Translations under genes and position numbers: made by a program
Notes under the pieces: generated by a model
Told to the model about the DNA's origin: nothing
Databases searched by the model: none
Seen by the model: the letters and a program-made list of their open reading frames with translations, nothing else
NCBI GenBank assembly: GCA_051294375.1
Contig: CM119265.1
Coordinates: forward strand, 16,176,896 to 16,240,895
Source of the DNA: Paraspadella gotoi
Lineage: Eukaryota; Animalia; Chaetognatha
Direction: 5' to 3'
DNA length: 64,000 nt
Part shown: positions 47,517 through 64,000 of the stretch, piece after piece
Position numbering within the stretch: the first letter of the stretch is position 1
How the letters are laid out: each line of letters opens with the position of its first letter

Positions 47517-48894
47517 GTACGTGTTATGTTGGATTAAAATCCACCAGGACAAAATCGGTAGACAAGTCTGAACTAGACTATCAGACTATCAGACGAGTGA
47601 CTCCAAAATGATATTTACAATTAATTTTAATATTTAATTTAATTTTTAAATCTTAAGTTTTCTTTGTTCATCCAATTTCAAAAAATGCTGTCCTGTACGG
47701 TAAAAATTTCCAGTTAATGCTTTAATTAATGGTCTACCAGAATTTTATTACTTTAAAGAATCACTTTATAATGATCTTTTTACATACAGTTTTTAATTAA
47801 AAAATAAAATTGATGAACTTTTAAAAGGTTTTTTTAATTTAAGTAAATATTGAATTAATTTTATAAAAATTACTTTGCTGCAAAATAGGAGAAAAAAAAT
47901 TCAAATATTTAACCGATGAGTTATGATGAGTAATAACTCGCGAACGGACACGGGTACGCAGGGACGGCGAGAGAATGGCGGGCCCTCACTGGCCACTGGC
48001 CAGTGGCCAGGTCCCCCTAGGGTGTGCCAAATTTCTCAAGTTTGAAATATCTCAAGAACACCTAACACATTTGTGGAGGGCCTAAAAAAATAGGTTTCCA
48101 CCAATCGCCATTTCAAATTGCTTCAACACCCTTAGCGCTACCGGCGCTGAAGGATTTTGGCACAACCTTGCACATCATAATTCATAGTGTCTAAACTATG
48201 AGAGATTTTAGCGTCCCACTCTCATTAGACAGTTGAAGAAATGTATTAAGTTTATTCATGTTGAATTTCAAATCTCAACTGCAACTATGAGCTTAACAAC
48301 AGCACAGCAATCTGATGGAGATGGGAGTAGCCGGTATGTGAAGACTATAGCTTCTGACATAGGTGAGTACCACAAAGTTATTCTTTACAAAATTTTATGA
48401 CAATTAGTAGCTCCAAAATAAAAAATAACTGTTTTCAAAAAATATTGGTGTGTAGCTACATCCTGGAGGATTTTTTCTGTACAGAATATTTATAAACTAG
48501 TAAAATATATTCACAATACTTATTCATAATATTAATTATAGCATTAATAAATGAAGTGGGACATGATAAGAAAGTTTGTAAATTTGTATTGATTGACGCA
48601 CTACTTCAGAAAGGTAACCTCTTTAAAAAGATCAAAAAAATTTTTCTCCACATGCTATTAATCTGAAAAAAACTAAGAGTTATTTATTCAAAAGACCTTT
48701 ATTAGTTGCCTAAACACACTAGGTTCAATTTTTATCAGTACAATGTGAGTAAGAATCTCCACCAGACTTCTTGGAGCTTCTCCATATGTTGGAGGATGTG
48801 GACGAAACGTTGGAGTTAATAAAATCTGCAATAAAAGCCATTTACATTTATTTATAACGCAAATTCGTTTTCAAAGATAAAGCCCTTAAACGCA

Positions 48895-49320
48895 TTCACA
48901 ATTTTGATCAGGGTGTGCTCACATTTTTTGGATTATCTTTGCACAGACTGCTTGAAGGGTGAATAATCATTATAAAATCTGCGCCTCTATCACTATTTAT
49001 GTAGTTTAATCGATTTCAAACAATGTTGCAAGATGCACTGACATTTTTTATCAAGGTGTGTTCACATTTTCATGGATTTATCTTGGCAAAGACTGCGCTG
49101 AAGGGTGAATAATCTTTATAAAATTCGCACCTCTACTACTATTAATGTACTTTAATCGATTTCAAACGAATGCTGCATGATGCACTGACATTTTTGATCA
49201 GGGTGCGCTCACATTTTCATGGATTATCTTTGCACACACTGCTTGAAGGCGTTAATAATCTTTATAAAATCTACGCCTCTACCACTATTAATGTACTTTA
49301 ATTGATTCAAACAATGCTGA
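48895..49320. repeat. Tandem repeat, ~145-bp unit x3
   Basis: Recurrent TTTGATCAGGGTGTGCTCACATTTT...GACTGCTTGAAGG...TTTAATCGATTTCAAACAATG. Confidence 0.9.
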
Positions 49321-49913
49321 ATAATTTTTTTTGTTTGGCAGCGGATATAACCACAATGTATGAGACCAACAGTTAAAAACCATTAATTTTATTTGTTGTT
49401 CTGTGTCATCTGAATTTCTTTATCAAAAGTTTTCTCGTTCAAGTAGCATACTTTTAAAATTGTTAGTCATTTCATTTTTTTATTACAAAATTAATTATCT
49501 TATTTTTTCTCATAATTCGCGCAGAGTTGATAGTAGTAGAAATACATTAGACGTTGGGTTTTTGATTTTAATTTTAAAAAACCTTGATTTCTTAATATAA
49601 AATAAAAATTTTATTTAACAAAATCGGTTTATCCAAAGTGCTGCGCCGCAGTGACTTTATTTTCACGTGTAATTCTCGTGAGATGACATTACGGGGCATG
49701 ACACGACATGACGCGATATGACATGACTACATACTGACATGACACTTATATCATCTAAGAACATTGAATTATAGAAAATATGCAAAAAAGATGTCCCTCC
49801 GTCCGTCCCCCCGTAGCTTTGAATGCCAATTACTGGACTCTCTCTCTCTCTCTCTCTTCTAATTCATCTAAAAACGAGTTCAGCTCTGCAGCAAATGGAC
49901 TTCTCTCTTTCTT

Positions 49914-49944
<31 letters not shown>

Positions 49945-52450
49945 TTTCTAATTCGTCTAAAAAAGAGTTCAGCTCTGCAGCGACTGGACTTTTCTCTTTC
50001 TTTCTCTCTCTCTCTGTTAAGATGTTTTACCTCGTTAAATAAGTTTAGCCAATTTTATCTGTGGCCAGTTTTCCGTTTGGCTAATCTTTTCGCTAAGCTA
50101 TAGTCGGATCCTTAGATAGGAGATGGTAGGTTTCCCTATCTGCCATCATTTTTAAATTCATTTCATTCAAATTTATTTAATTCAATTCATTTCATGTTAT
50201 TGCATTCATAGCATTTTTTAAACGTTTTCCCGATCAATGATTTTCCTATTCATCATTGCAGAGGAATCATGACACGTGGAATTGGCAAGCTAAATTGGAA
50301 CTCTTTCATTGGTCGCAGCCCAGCCAATGGCACCGGCCAAAGGTCAAAATGCGGCCTTCAATCCATCTTGCAAAGTTTTCCAGTGCTCCGCTTCGTGTTG
50401 AACGTGATTCACTCTGTCGAAAATTGACCACCATCTTTTCTCTGTCTGTTATTATGAAGAATAAAATCCACTTTGGTTTCGCCTTGGAAATCCCTGTCTA
50501 CTTACTTAAAATGTCGATGGACAGGACTTTGTTCTGACAATTTGTACTAAAATTAAGAATGAACAGAAGCGCTTCATATTATAAAATGAGGTACCTCTTT
50601 GTGATCAGAATCTGTTCCTGATCAAATTTCATGAAATTTTACATTTAGCACGGTGGGATGTGCCAAGTCGTTTCGGTCGACGGGTGGATCAAGTTTTCGC
50701 TTTGAAAAATCGATTCTATATAAAATCCCATGCGTCAAGCCTTTGATAAGCAATAGTAAATGAATATGCGGTAGATTCTGAAAGGTGTAGCCGGTCTCTT
50801 GGCGCAGGGGCATCGAGGTGCTGAGCGCCGAGCGGAATTTTCATTTTTCATGCTATAAAATGCATTTGAAGTGACTGTGGCACCCCTTCGTAACTTTACT
50901 CTCCGTTTAGACCAGCCTCGTTTCTCAATAAAAAGAACCCGTACTTCATTTTGACTTTATATATAAAAGCCCCATGCGATTTTCTCATCAAGTCCATTGA
51001 TCTAAAAAAAGGCAAAAAAATTTCCAAGCTGATTGCTTGTTTTGCGTAACATCAAATGAACTCCTTTTTTAGCTCAATTTCCCAACGTCATGGCTCCCAC
51101 GAAGAATGTCCATTGAATACATGCGTTAGAAAAGTACCAGTGTCTCTACTTTCATTTTTAGGTGCGACGCGCCCGAGGCTAATTTCTAAACGTTAAAATA
51201 AATCCGAAAGAAATCAAAGGGCTTTTGCTTGTCGATTAAACATTCTATATTGGACCAACGCGCATAATGTTTCTTCTACCGCGAATCAAATCGACGAAGC
51301 CAATGGCCTTAGCGACGAGCAACGCCGGCTTCGCCATGAGTTCGGAAGAGGATTTTTGTGCTCGTTTATTATGAAACTTCTTTCCGCTTCATTTTAAAAT
51401 TCTATTATATAATAAATGTTATAATTATTATAAAATTATATACTCTAGGCCTATCGCCGAATCTTGTCTGTTACGATCGTTGCTGGTCACTTGGGTTACT
51501 GCGTTTTATGGAGCTTTATGGCCCGTTGATAGCCGGAGAGACGATTTATTATAAAGAAAACGAAAAAAATTAAAGCCCGTAAAGTAAGTTTTACTATTTA
51601 ATTTATAATAATATCATTTATTAGATATAATATTTAAGTTTAATAATATTTCATAAACTGTATGTAGTTCTTCTTTGTTCTTGAGCGCTTGGTCTGAGCC
51701 GGCTAGGAGGAGATGTTCATTTGTGTTGAGAAAGAGGACTGGAGAAAAGCGACCTCGTGCGGACCAAGGATCATTTTATTAACGACATGGCCTGGTCACA
51801 GACTGATTCATTACAGGTAAGAAATTATAAATGTTTATTTTGTACTTGTGTTAGAATTTTTCTGTGATAGTCAATTCTGTGATTCTCCGTATTTTTGTTA
51901 AATTTCTGATGCCCCAGTTTGGAACGCACCAGTCTTTACCTCATTCTTGTTTTGTTGTCTTTTTTCTTTTAGAAAAAAAAAAATAAAATTGTAATTGTTT
52001 TATTATGAATTTGAGTATTTTAGTTGTACTCGTCATGACAAGGCTTTACCGTTTTGATGACCAAATTTAATCATTTGTGCTTACGTCGTTCGTTACTATT
52101 CAGGAAGTGAGCACTCAAGTAGCCATAAGCCGATGAAAATTTAAATGCCTAATGTATCAGCCGTTAACTTAAAATAATTTTATCATGCACCACTGATTAG
52201 GTATTCAAATATTTTATTATCAAAAATGCTAATTATATATGTTTTTTATATTATATTATATTTCTATTATTATACTATTATTACTTAAACATTTTATTAT
52301 TCTTGCGATCATTCGGTGACAGGATTCATTTTTCAAAACTATAAACGTTTGGATTATTTCTGTAGTTTTATATAATGAAAATCGATTGATTATTTCTGTT
52401 TTTATAATAATTGTTTCGTATCGTTTGCTCTGATACTATATTTGCTCGCC

Positions 52451-52673
52451 GGCAACAGCCAAATGCGAATATTATGGTGGACTAAATCCCACCACCGCTT
52501 GATCTAGTGGCATTCGGTCCGCGAGGCAAATTCATTGGCCTCTAACTCAAAGGAGTCTAAGAGTTTAAGAGGGACGAGGCGCATTGTGGGGTTGCACCCG
52601 GAACCCTCTGCCTTGAGCCGAGATTCAACCTCGAAATCTCCAGTAAGGCTTCTTAAGAGTGACTTTACTAACA
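52451..52673 (-). other. GC-rich structured element distantly related to the small LTR-like family
   Basis: Shares GGCAACAGCC and CGCATTGT(T)GGGGTTG with 20670; lies just upstream of, or within, the 5' LTR of Gypsy element 3. Confidence 0.4.
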
Positions 52674-53144
52674 TCATTTAATTATAGTTTATCTACTTTG
52701 TGACCTTTTGCTTAGGACTAAAACAAAAGAGACATGATTTAATAAATTCAGCTGTTCCTCATCTATTTTTGCTCTGTTAGTTTTCCCAAGACATTTTCAC
52801 ATTCTTCATTCACTCAAACAAACTGGCTATTCTTTTATCATGGTTAGTAATGTGTTTTTATTACTTGTTTTAATTAATTACTTAATTAACTTACTCGATC
52901 ATTTATTTGCTTGTTGTTTATACATATAATATACATGTGCTGCATAAGCAGATGGAATATCTTATATGCTTTGATTATTTTATTAAGGCCGACCTTTTTT
53001 TATGAAACAAGCCAAGATTGTTTTAGAGAACTTTTTTATCCAGCCTCAACAATAACTTGTATATGCCAACGGACGTCAAGAGCCTACGCCACTTCCTTTC
53101 TACGTCCATCTTCTCAAGAGGCGTTGAGGCTGCTTAAACGTCAC

Positions 53145-53164
53145 CTACATTGGTGGACCCAACG
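53145..53164 (+). promoter_or_regulatory. 5' LTR end and tRNA-Trp-like PBS of Gypsy element 3 (LTR start not determinable)
   Basis: CTACA-T-TGGTGGACCCAACG, 45 bp upstream of the gag ATG. Confidence 0.8.
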
Positions 53165-53208
53165 CCGAATTAATTCAACCTTGTACGACCCGGCGCCAAT
53201 TTCTATCA

Positions 53209-54340
53209 ATGAGCGAATCTCGCGAAACGCGCCAAGCCTCTCGCCTTCGACAGCAGTCTAACCTCACCGTCCCCAAAGGCGCCGGCAGAGGCCGCATTTC
53301 TCGCGAAACTTCGCCGACTGGTTCTATCAACACGCCGGCCGCGCCCACTTCCAATCTCCCGTCAACCTCGCCCAGATTCTTTGCGTTTCCACCAACTTCG
53401 CCAAACATCAAAGCATTCTCCGACGCAAACGGCGAAATGGCAGCGGCCCCTGGCACCGACGAAACTGAAGCCCTACGCTCAGCCCTAGCCGAAGCCCTCA
53501 AGGCACTCAACAAAAAGAAAAAACCAGAATTACCAGCATTCGATCCTAAAAACATCGACATATGGATAAAGAGGATCGAAGCCGCCTTCATCCGCGCCGG
53601 CATAAAAGAGGCAAATGAGAAATTTGCCCACCTGGAGTCAAAAATTGGCGTCGACGCCAATCCACGCGTCAACGCATTCCTGTATGGAGAGCCGTCCGAG
53701 TTGAACTGGACGGCATTTATCGCATACCTACGGAAAGAATACGGGACAACGCAGCGCCAGCAGGCGGCGCTCCTCCTCGACGGCTTCAGCCGCGACGGCA
53801 TGCGACCCTCACAACACCTCGCCAGGCTCGAGGAAAAGGTGAAATCGGTTACCATCGACGATATTAAAAAAGAAACCGTAATAAGAGGCCTTCCAATCGA
53901 GATAAGGCGCTCCCTCGAGGATAAGGTGGACGAATGGACAGCGGCACAAGTCGCAGAGGCAGCAGACAAATTTTTTGATGCTGAAGGTCGTCCCACCCTC
54001 GCAGCGCCAACCTCGACCATAAACGCCGCCACCCTCGACAGAGACACCGACGATTCGAACAGCGACTATGAGGAAGGCACCGAGTCCGGCGTCAACGCCA
54101 TTCAAGGACAACGCCGCGACAGGAGCCGCCCCCAGCCCAGTAACTGGCGCCAAAGCGCCCCAAGTGGATCGTCGACAAACGACCGTCCGCCAAACGCCAG
54201 ATTGAAGCAAATATGCCGTTGGCCACCTAAAGTTTGGCGACGCAGCTTTCCGCTGTGAGCGCGGTTGCGCCAGAAAAGGCGAGCGGCGAGACCGGAAGCA
54301 GCCTCAGTCGGGAAACGGCGATGCGGGCCAGCGCAGGTGA
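53209..54340 (+). CDS. gag: Gypsy Gag with CHCC knuckle; one extra C near 54223 shifts the frame
   Basis: Highly similar to the 36819-37916 Gag. Removing one C in TGGCCACCTA restores CRWHLKFGDAAFRCERGC and a stop at 54338-54340. Confidence 0.9.
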
Positions 54341-57300
54341 ACGCTGTGCCCCGCGCCCAAGATGATTCACCCGACAACTACCTACTTCACGTCAAGGACG
54401 CCACCGATGGCCGCCAGTGGCTCGTCGACGGCGGCGCCCTTCTTTCACTAATACCGCCCACCACGGCGCAGCGGGAAGCAGGACCCGTCGGGCCAAAACT
54501 CCAAGCAGCAAACGGCTCCACAATCAACTCGTATGGCATCGTACATCGAAGAGTAGTCCTCGGCTCAAGAGTTTTCGCATTTGATTTTTTAGCAGCCGAT
54601 GTAACCCAAAGCATTTTGGGAGCTGACTTTCTGGCCGAGTTTTACCTCGCCCCAAATCACCGAGACGGCACACTGCTCGACCTACGCGACCTATCGACAA
54701 TATCCTGCGATAGCTCAGAAGTGAGTCCACCGTCTCACGTAAATCTCGTCGACCAGAAAGACAATGTCTATTACCAGCTACTCGATGAATATCCTGCTTT
54801 GTCGACACCAACATTCGAAATCAGAGAGCCGAAACATGGAGTGAGACATCATATCCCCACCTTCGGCCGACCCTGCCAGGCAAGGGCTCGGCGCCTCCCA
54901 CCCGAGAAGCTCGCAGTGGCCAAGGCAGAACTGGAGAAACTGGTCGCACTCGGCATCGCTAAAAGGGCTAAAAGCTCCTGGTCCTCCCCCTTACTCTGCG
55001 TTCCAAAGGCGGATGGAGGATGGCGATGTTGCGGAGATTTCCGCAGACTCAACGCAAATACCAAAGATGATAAATATCCCGTCAAGCTCCTAGCGGACTT
55101 TAATGCGGAGTTGGCGGGAAAAAAGATATTTTCGAAAATTGATCTCCTTAAAGGATATCATCAGATTCCAGTGGCCGATGAAGATGTCCCCAAAACGGCG
55201 GTTATTACCCCGTTTGGTTTATTTGTTTTCCTTCGAACTCCCTTCGGTCTCAAGAACGCAGGGCAGGATTTTCAGCGCATGATGGATGAAATCCTGGGCG
55301 ACGTGCCGCATACATACGTCTATTTAGACGACATCCTCGTCGCCAGCGCTGACCAAGAAGAGCACCTGAAGGACTTGAAGTCAGTCTTTGACTCCCTCGC
55401 CGATAATGGCCTAGTAATAAATCGCAAAAAATGCGTCCTCGGCCAATCATCACTGGAGTTCTTAGGATATATGGTGGATGCGACCGGCGTGAAGCCCCTC
55501 CCTCAAAAAGTGGAGGCAATACGCGCCACCAACCCTCCTACGACCGTGAAAGAGTTGCAAAGGTTCCTCGGCATGGTCAATTATTATCGCCGCTTCATAC
55601 CGAAGGCCGCCCACCATGCCGCGGCATTATACGACGTCCTAGCCGGAAAACCAAAACAACTCAACTGGACAAGCAAGTGCTCGGAGTCGTTCAACGCAAT
55701 CAAGGAAGCGCTAGCCAACGCAACACTACTTCGACACCCTCAAACTAACGCTCAACTGGCGCTAACGACTGATGCGTCAGATATCGCCGTCGGCGCAGTC
55801 TTAGAGCAACGGACGCCGCTGGGATGGGAGCCGCTGGCGTTCTTTTCAGCAAAGCTCGACCAAGCACAGCGACGTTGGCCGCCTTTTGATCGAGAGCTAT
55901 ATGGAGCTTTTCGAGCAGTCCGACATTTCCGTCATTGGCTCGAGGGCAGAACTTTTACACTCTACACGGACCACCAATCCTTGATACATGCCCTCCACAA
56001 ACGCGCTGAGCCTCAAACGACCCGCCACAACTTCCAGTTGTCAGTTATATCTGAATTTACGACGGACATCCGCCACGTCCGCGGCAAGGCCAATGTGGTC
56101 GCCGACGCCTTGTCAAGGCCCAATCCGTCACCGATTGCTGCAATCGACCGCCCACTGCCTCCAGCAAAGTCACAGGATCTCCAAGCAACCGTCAACGCCA
56201 TCGGACAAGAGGGTATCGATTTAGAGGAAATGGCGCGGCACCAAGCGCTCGACAGAGATTTCCAGCGCCTCTCACAAGACGCCCGGACCGGTCTCAATTT
56301 CCGCAAAGTCAAGCTTGGCAATCACGATCTCCTCGTCGATGTATCTAACGGCCCAGCACGACCATTCGTACCGGAAGCCTGGCGCAAACGCGTTTTTGAC
56401 GCAGTTCATGGCCTCGGCCACCCCGGCGTCGCCAGGACGAGAGAAACGATAGCCTCAAAGTTCGTCTGGCCGTCCCTTCGCGCCGACACGACTCGATGGG
56501 CAAGGGAATGCCTCCCATGTCAGCAGGCCAAGGTCACGAGGAACGTCACGCCCAATATCGGAGAATTTGCCGTCCCCGCGCGGCGTTTCCAACATCTCAA
56601 TGTTGACATAACAATTATGCCCGCCTCAAATAGCTACAGTTATCTTCTAACTGTAGTAGACCGTTTCACGAGGTGGCCAGCAGCTCTACCAATGAAGGAT
56701 ATGACCGCGACCACCGTGATCGACACCCTCGTCCACGGGTGGATCTCAACCTTCGGAATCCCTTCAGACATCACGACCGACCGCGGCGCACAGTTCGGCT
56801 CCGCCACATGGAATCAACTGGCACAAACCTGGGGGATTCGGCACCACCAAACAACGGCATATCACCCTCAGGCTAACGGACTCGTGGAGCGCTTCCACCG
56901 TCGCCTCAAGGAAGCCCTAATCGCCCTAGGCAGCGAGGAGCCTCATCAATGGTTCTGGCGCCTCCCGGCGGCGCTCCTCGCGATTCGAACGACAATCAAG
57001 CCCGATATCGGCGCTTCTCCGGCAGACCTCGTTTTCGGAGAAGGTCTGACTGTTCCGGGCGACCTCCTTCCCACGTCTCCAGGCGACAACGAGCTCCCAG
57101 AACAGCGTCGCATCCTTAGAAATAACCTCAGACTGGAAGTCGAACGACTCCAGCCAACGGAGACTTCAGCTCATCGAACGCCGCACGTTTACCTTCCCGA
57201 CACTCTCGTCGACGCTACCCACGTCTTCGTGCGACGTTCCGACGTCAAACCTCCTCTTACCGCGCCCTACCAAGGCCCTTACCGCGTCGTTGACCGAGAC

Positions 57301-57756
57301 AACTTGAATTTTAAAGTCGAGATCCCCGGCCGCGGCGTGCAAACGATAGCTATCGCACGTATTAAGCCGGCGACACTGTGGCGAGATGAAGATAATCAAC
57401 AACGCGCGCCTCAACAGTCGACGCCACCAGAAGCAGTGACGCCCACTCCAGACGAAGCGCAAAACCATGAACCTCGCTTGCCACCAACGCCAACCCTTCC
57501 TTTTGGTCTCCCTCCTCCTCCTCCTCCTTCTCTTCCTCCCCCTTCTCCTCCTCCCCCTTCTCCCCCTCCTCCTCCCATGCCCCAGCGTCAACGCCCTGCG
57601 CGGCTACGCCCATGTCCGCGCCAAACGCCAAAGGGCCTGGCCTACCGCTCGGGAGTAAGCAACGTAGATTTCAAAACAAATGAACACTCGGGCAAAACTT
57701 TAAATTCACGTCCAAATTACAATAAAGTGCTTCGACATTTGCTCCAGCACACTTAA
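54310..57756 (+). CDS. pol: Ty3/Gypsy (CsRn1 clade) Pol: protease-RT-RNase H-integrase
   Basis: Open frame of over 1100 aa with the same motifs as element 2; slippery G GGA AAC at 54310-54316; 3' UTR and LTR lost in the gap at 57760. Confidence 0.97.
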   Translation, partial: GKRRCGPAQVNAVPRAQDDSPDNYLLHVKDATDGRQWLVDGGALLSLIPPTTAQREAGPVGPKLQAANGSTINSYGIVHRRVVLGSRVFAFDFLAADVTQSILGADFLAEFYLAPNHRDGTLLDLRDLSTISCDSSEVSPPSHVNLVDQKDNVYYQLLDEYPALSTPTFEIREPKHGVRHHIPTFGRPCQARARRLPPEKLAVAKAELEKLVALGIAKRAKSSWSSPLLCVPKADGGWRCCGDFRRLNANTKDDKYPVKLLADFNAELAGKKIFSKIDLLKGYHQIPVADEDVPKTAVITPFGLFVFLRTPFGLKNAGQDFQRMMDEILGDVPHTYVYLDDILVASADQEEHLKDLKSVFDSLADNGLVINRKKCVLGQSSLEFLGYMVDATGVKPLPQKVEAIRATNPPTTVKELQRFLGMVNYYRRFIPKAAHHAAALYDVLAGKPKQLNWTSKCSESFNAIKEALANATLLRHPQTNAQLALTTDASDIAVGAVLEQRTPLGWEPLAFFSAKLDQAQRRWPPFDRELYGAFRAVRHFRHWLEGRTFTLYTDHQSLIHALHKRAEPQTTRHNFQLSVISEFTTDIRHVRGKANVVADALSRPNPSPIAAIDRPLPPAKSQDLQATVNAIGQEGIDLEEMARHQALDRDFQRLSQDARTGLNFRKVKLGNHDLLVDVSNGPARPFVPEAWRKRVFDAVHGLGHPGVARTRETIASKFVWPSLRADTTRWARECLPCQQAKVTRNVTPNIGEFAVPARRFQHLNVDITIMPASNSYSYLLTVVDRFTRWPAALPMKDMTATTVIDTLVHGWISTFGIPSDITTDRGAQFGSATWNQLAQTWGIRHHQTTAYHPQANGLVERFHRRLKEALIALGSEEPHQWFWRLPAALLAIRTTIKPDIGASPADLVFGEGLTVPGDLLPTSPGDNELPEQRRILRNNLRLEVERLQPTETSAHRTPHVYLPDTLVDATHVFVRRSDVKPPLTAPYQGPYRVVDRDNLNFKVEIPGRGVQTIAIARIKPATLWRDEDNQQRAPQQSTPPEAVTPTPDEAQNHEPRLPPTPTLPFGLPPPPPPSLPPPSPPPPSPPPPPMPQRQRPARLRPCPRQTPKGLAYRSGVSNVDFKTNEHSGKTLNSRPNYNKVLRHLLQHT

Positions 57757-57769
57757 ACTNNNNNNNNNN

Positions 57770-61164
<3,395 letters not shown>

Positions 61165-61278
61165 ATGACTTAAACGATCAATAAAAAAATTTTGCAAGTA
61201 GTACGTATATTTACGACTATGATAAATAGTTACACAACTCATTTAAGTACACTTTTTAACTACTCCCTCCAAAACCAG

Positions 61279-61661
61279 GAGGCGCTTCCAGCGACGTCGC
61301 GTCCGATTACGGCGCCGTCGACGTTTCCGGCCCAACGCCGCCATCTACCCGCGGCGTAGGCGGGGTAACTCGCGCCGACGTCATCGTCGGTGCCGGTCAG
61401 GAAAATCCCGGCGCCGTTCACGCTAACCCCGGCGCCGGTATGGCGCTCGTTCCGGCGCCTCCTCTCCCCGGCGTCAAATCCCTCGCTCACGCCGGATACA
61501 ACCACAACCACAACAACACCCACGGAGGCCTTTACAACGGCGTCCACAACCCCCTCGGCGGTCACCTTCACCACCATCATCACCACCACGGACGCTCCGG
61601 CCACAACTATCCCTATGGTGTACTGGCCACGCCCTCCAGGCTGCAGCAGAGGATCCTACAG
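61279..61661 (+). CDS. Probable Gly/Pro/His-rich coding exon of an unidentified gene
   Basis: CCAG acceptor; open frame GASSDVASDYGAV...GHLHHHHHHHGRSGHNYPYG...QRILQ; CAG|GTGCTT donor; GC-rich relative to its flanks. Confidence 0.45.
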
Positions 61662-62604
61662 GTGCTTGGCTTGAGAAAGAGCGGGCGTTGTCGGGCTGTA
61701 GAAGGGGGTAAGACCGGGTGGGTGTTAGGGACTGGAAGATGAAGAGAAAAATATTGATTGAAAAAGAATATGAGAAATGTTAAAGTAAAGAGAGAAGGGG
61801 AAGGAAGAGGTCGGGGGGAAAAAGGAAAAAAAGTAAATTAATTAAAAGAGATAGAAAAAAACCAGAATGGGATATGAGATAAGAATCCAGAAAATAAGAA
61901 AAGTGAAAATCGAAATTCGTAACCAACGGAGCAGACTGAAGAGTGAGGAGAGAATCTTGTTTTCTTCTTCCTTGTGTCGACTGCTTCCTTTTCTTGACTT
62001 GAATTTCCAACGTCAACAATAAAAAAATCGATTCCAAAGAGAGAAAAAAAAATGAGAAGATGGAAAGAGGGAGTCATCGGAAATTTCAAAGAGAAGAGAT
62101 CACCTCCGACTGTTACTTTGCTGTCGTCTTGCCGTCGATTCCAATTCACTTTGTCGTCACTGAGACATCGCGTTGTCGCAGCTTCGTCACTTTGCTGTCG
62201 CTGTGCCGTCTAATTGTCATCACTTAGCCATCCTTGTACCATCGACGACGACGTTGCTTTGCCGTCAATTTTCATTCAATTTGCCATCATTTTGTAGTCG
62301 CGGTGCCGTCGATTTTCAGTCGATCAGTCATTTCTATGCCATACCATCATTTCGCCGTCGCTTTCTCAATTCTAATTCGCTCTTTCCGACGAATATTAAG
62401 CGTAGTACGCGTGACATGTGACGGATTAAACTGACGAAGGCCTTACGTAATTCGTGGCGATTTTTTTTTTTTTTTTTTAAATTCTTTATTTTTTTAAAGC
62501 GACTTGATTTCATTAATTCACGACGGGAACATAGAAGCTGTCACGAAGAAAGTCTGGAAAGGGGGAAAAAAACGAAGGAGACTGAATGACTGTTGGTCGC
62601 GTTG

Positions 62605-62932
62605 AAACTGTAGGAATTATGATAGTTGTCTTAATTTATTTATCTGAATCGATTTCACGGAGCGAAATTTACTGAGCTTATCGCGTATAAAACGAGACGT
62701 CACGCTTTTATCTTTTTGACTTTATAAAAGATAAACTGACGTTTTGACAGAACTTGAGACTGTAGGAATTATGACAGTTGTGTATAATGTATTTATCTGA
62801 ATCGATTACACGGATCGAAATTTACTGAGCTTATCGTGTATAAAACGAATAGACAAACATGGCAGATAAAACGAGACGTCACGCTTTCATCTTTTTAACT
62901 TTATAAAAGATAAACTGATGTTTTGACAGAAC
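62605..62932. repeat. Two tandem copies of a ~155-175-bp unit
   Basis: ACTGTAGGAATTATGA...TTTATAAAAGATAAACTGA.GTTTTGACAGAACTT occurs twice. Confidence 0.85.
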
Positions 62933-63222
62933 TTCTTGAAGTCACCGATGTAAACTTTGGACGAGAATGAAACTAAGAATGATCGTTTTTAAGTTCAACA
63001 TCGTCGTCATCTTCGTCAACGTCGGTCGCTCGCGTGAAGGTATAACGCTGCGTAACTTGCAAGTGTTGGATAAAAAAAAGTTTCCAAGTTCATCTGTAAA
63101 ATTTGTATTTTTAAGTGAGTTTATATATGTAGTCGGGCATTGACTGAATCGGAGGAAAAAAAGCGTCAGGGGAATGATTCGTCACGTAACCGACGTTCTA
63201 CGTCACCGTCTTTCCAGATAAG

Positions 63223-63687
<465 letters not shown>

Positions 63688-64000
63688 CGTGAAATATGTG
63701 TGACTTTTATCGTCGGATAAAAATTGTGCTGCTGATGACTTAGTCTCGCGCGTCAAATGGTTACAGTTGCGCCCATTTCATAAAACGAGACGAAAGCTTT
63801 TTTTAGTTCTTTTAGTTCTTTTAGTATTATACTTATATACTTATATACTTATAATTTATAGTAGACATTGTATTTGATCTAAAACCTACATCTTCTTTTT
63901 TTTCCCTCCACATTTTTCGACGAGGCCCTTTTTTTACCAAGGTATATTTTCCCGCGCAGGTTGAGAATCGGTCACGTGACTTTAGGTTGAGGAAAGGGAT

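Noticed and set aside
50622-50813. FQNLPHIHLLL resembling a Helitron/HUH Rep motif
   Set aside because: The ORF is only 63 aa, with no other Rep or helicase motifs recognisable nearby.
53175-54047. 290-aa antisense ORF over gag, and similar shadow ORFs over pol
   Set aside because: It is in the codon-mirror frame of a GC-rich gene and is not maintained as one ORF in element 2.

Overview
Repeat-rich eukaryotic (probably invertebrate animal) genomic DNA from a gappy, partly indel-noisy assembly. Most short ORFs in the track are artefacts of (AG)n, (AAT)n, (TTTA)n and (GAC)n microsatellites. The window holds three CsRn1-clade Ty3/Gypsy LTR retrotransposons: two nearly intact (32504-38032 minus; gag-pol at 53209-57756 plus) and one 5'-truncated and degenerate (26638-29251). 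It also contains two large duplications, a hAT-like non-autonomous element with its empty site visible in the paralogous copy, a Penelope-type minimal hammerhead remnant, several minisatellites, and fragments of host genes including an ankyrin-repeat gene. The main discovery is at 25868-26640: a ~403-bp tandem, non-coding, TRIM-like LTR element. Each ~285-bp LTR (TGTAG...CCACA) carries tRNA-like A/B boxes followed by a circularly permuted (type-P5) twister ribozyme, and its PBS and PPT mimic those of the neighbouring Gypsy elements. It looks like a twister-based LTR 'retrozyme' and is fused directly to the truncated Gypsy pol. A dispersed family of small LTR-like elements with Pol III-like boxes (4-bp TSDs at two loci) may belong to the same kind of system. 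All structures were read by eye; none was computed or searched.
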